DNA of 64,000 nucleotides, from NCBI RefSeq assembly GCF_009914755.1, contig NC_060944.1, one strand, 5' to 3'. Made by a program: the position numbers and the translations under genes. The notes beneath the pieces were generated by a model, which saw only the letters and a list, made by a program, of their open reading frames with translations, made no database searches and was not told the origin of the DNA. Source of the DNA: the human T2T-CHM13v2.0 reference genome, Homo sapiens. Positions 63,128-64,000 of this stretch are shown one piece after another; positions within the stretch are counted from its first letter, which is position 1, and the number at the start of each line of letters is the position of its first letter.

Positions 63128-63890
63128 GTTATAATGGGAAGAAAAATGGTCTTTGTCTCCAGTTTCTATAATAGAGTTCCCAAAAGTCTCTCCTGAGTGC
63201 TAAGAATGTCTTTGTTATTCATTGCATGTCTTTTCTCATCACACCTAAGTTTATGCTAAGGAGGTAACTCAAGGCAGGGAAGAGGACCCTAGGTGGCTTC
63301 AGAATGGAGGCTGGTCACCAGAAAGGCCACCCTCCAATCTCTGAAGAGGGGAGTGGGGCTGGAGATTGAGTTGAATCACCAATGGCCAATGATTTAATCA
63401 ATTATTCCTAAGTAATGGAACCGTGATAAAAACTTTAAACAATGAGATTTAGGAGCTTCCAGGTTGGAAAACACATAGATGTGCTGACCAGGTGGTGCAT
63501 GGGGAGAGCATGGAAACTCACCCACCCCTACACCTCACCTATGCATCCTTTCCATTTGGCTTTTCTTAGGCTATATCCTTCATAATAAAACTGTAATTGT
63601 AAGAGTGATACTTTCCTGAGTTCTGTGCATTGTTCTAGAGTATTATAAAACCCAAGGGGGTTGTGAAAACCCCATAATTTATAGTAGGCAGAAGCACAAG
63701 TAGTCTAAAGTTCCCATTTGTGACTGGCACCTGAAGTGTGTGCAGTCTAGTGGGACTGAGCCCTTAAATTGTGGGATCTATTTTATCTCTGGATGGTTAG
63801 CGTCAGAATTGAATTGAATTGTTGGATACTCAGTTGGTGTTAAAGAGTTGAAGAATTGGTTTCTCCTTGTAAAACCAAACACACCCTTAG
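63128..63890 (+). mobile_element. MER21C-type LTR
   Basis: cacacctaagtttatgctaa...caccaatggccaatgatttaatcaat...gtcagaattgaattgaattg. Confidence 0.88.
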
Positions 63891-64000
63891 TAGAGCAAGC
63901 ATAAGTTTAATGGATAAGTACAATGTCTGATCCATTCACCATTGAATACTTAGCACTAGATAATGATATATGTACAATAAACCTCTTATTTTATAAACCA

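Overview
This is AT-rich primate genomic DNA, most likely human or great ape, given a very young L1PA2/L1HS-type insertion. It looks intergenic or deep intronic and is dominated by transposable elements: L1PA and L1M, Alu, L2, MIR, MaLR/ERV1 LTRs, and hAT/Tigger DNA transposons. I can support no conventional protein-coding gene, rRNA, tRNA or CRISPR array; every recognisable ORF is a decayed L1 ORF1/ORF2 or Tigger4 transposase fragment. The best unexplained signals lie in non-repeat islands. (1) A CTCF motif, a CpG micro-cluster and a well-formed short intron at 11.6-12.1 kb. (2) A CRE, a double CCAAT and a donor site at 20.4 kb. (3) A 23-nt microexon-like unit at 31.0 kb. (4) A two-exon unit with poly(A) signals at 36.6-37.3 kb that, if spliced, gives a 71-aa ORF absent from the six-frame track. 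These could belong to one plus-strand lncRNA or micropeptide transcript, but that rests on motifs only. The window also holds well-preserved mechanistic scars: a twin-priming inversion, a probable short 3' transduction, a templated-repair scar, an L1/Alu/L1 chimera, nested insertions and several local tandem duplications. Repeat subfamily names come from my recollection of consensus sequences, not a database search, and boundaries of old elements are approximate. I found no convincing novel multi-gene system.
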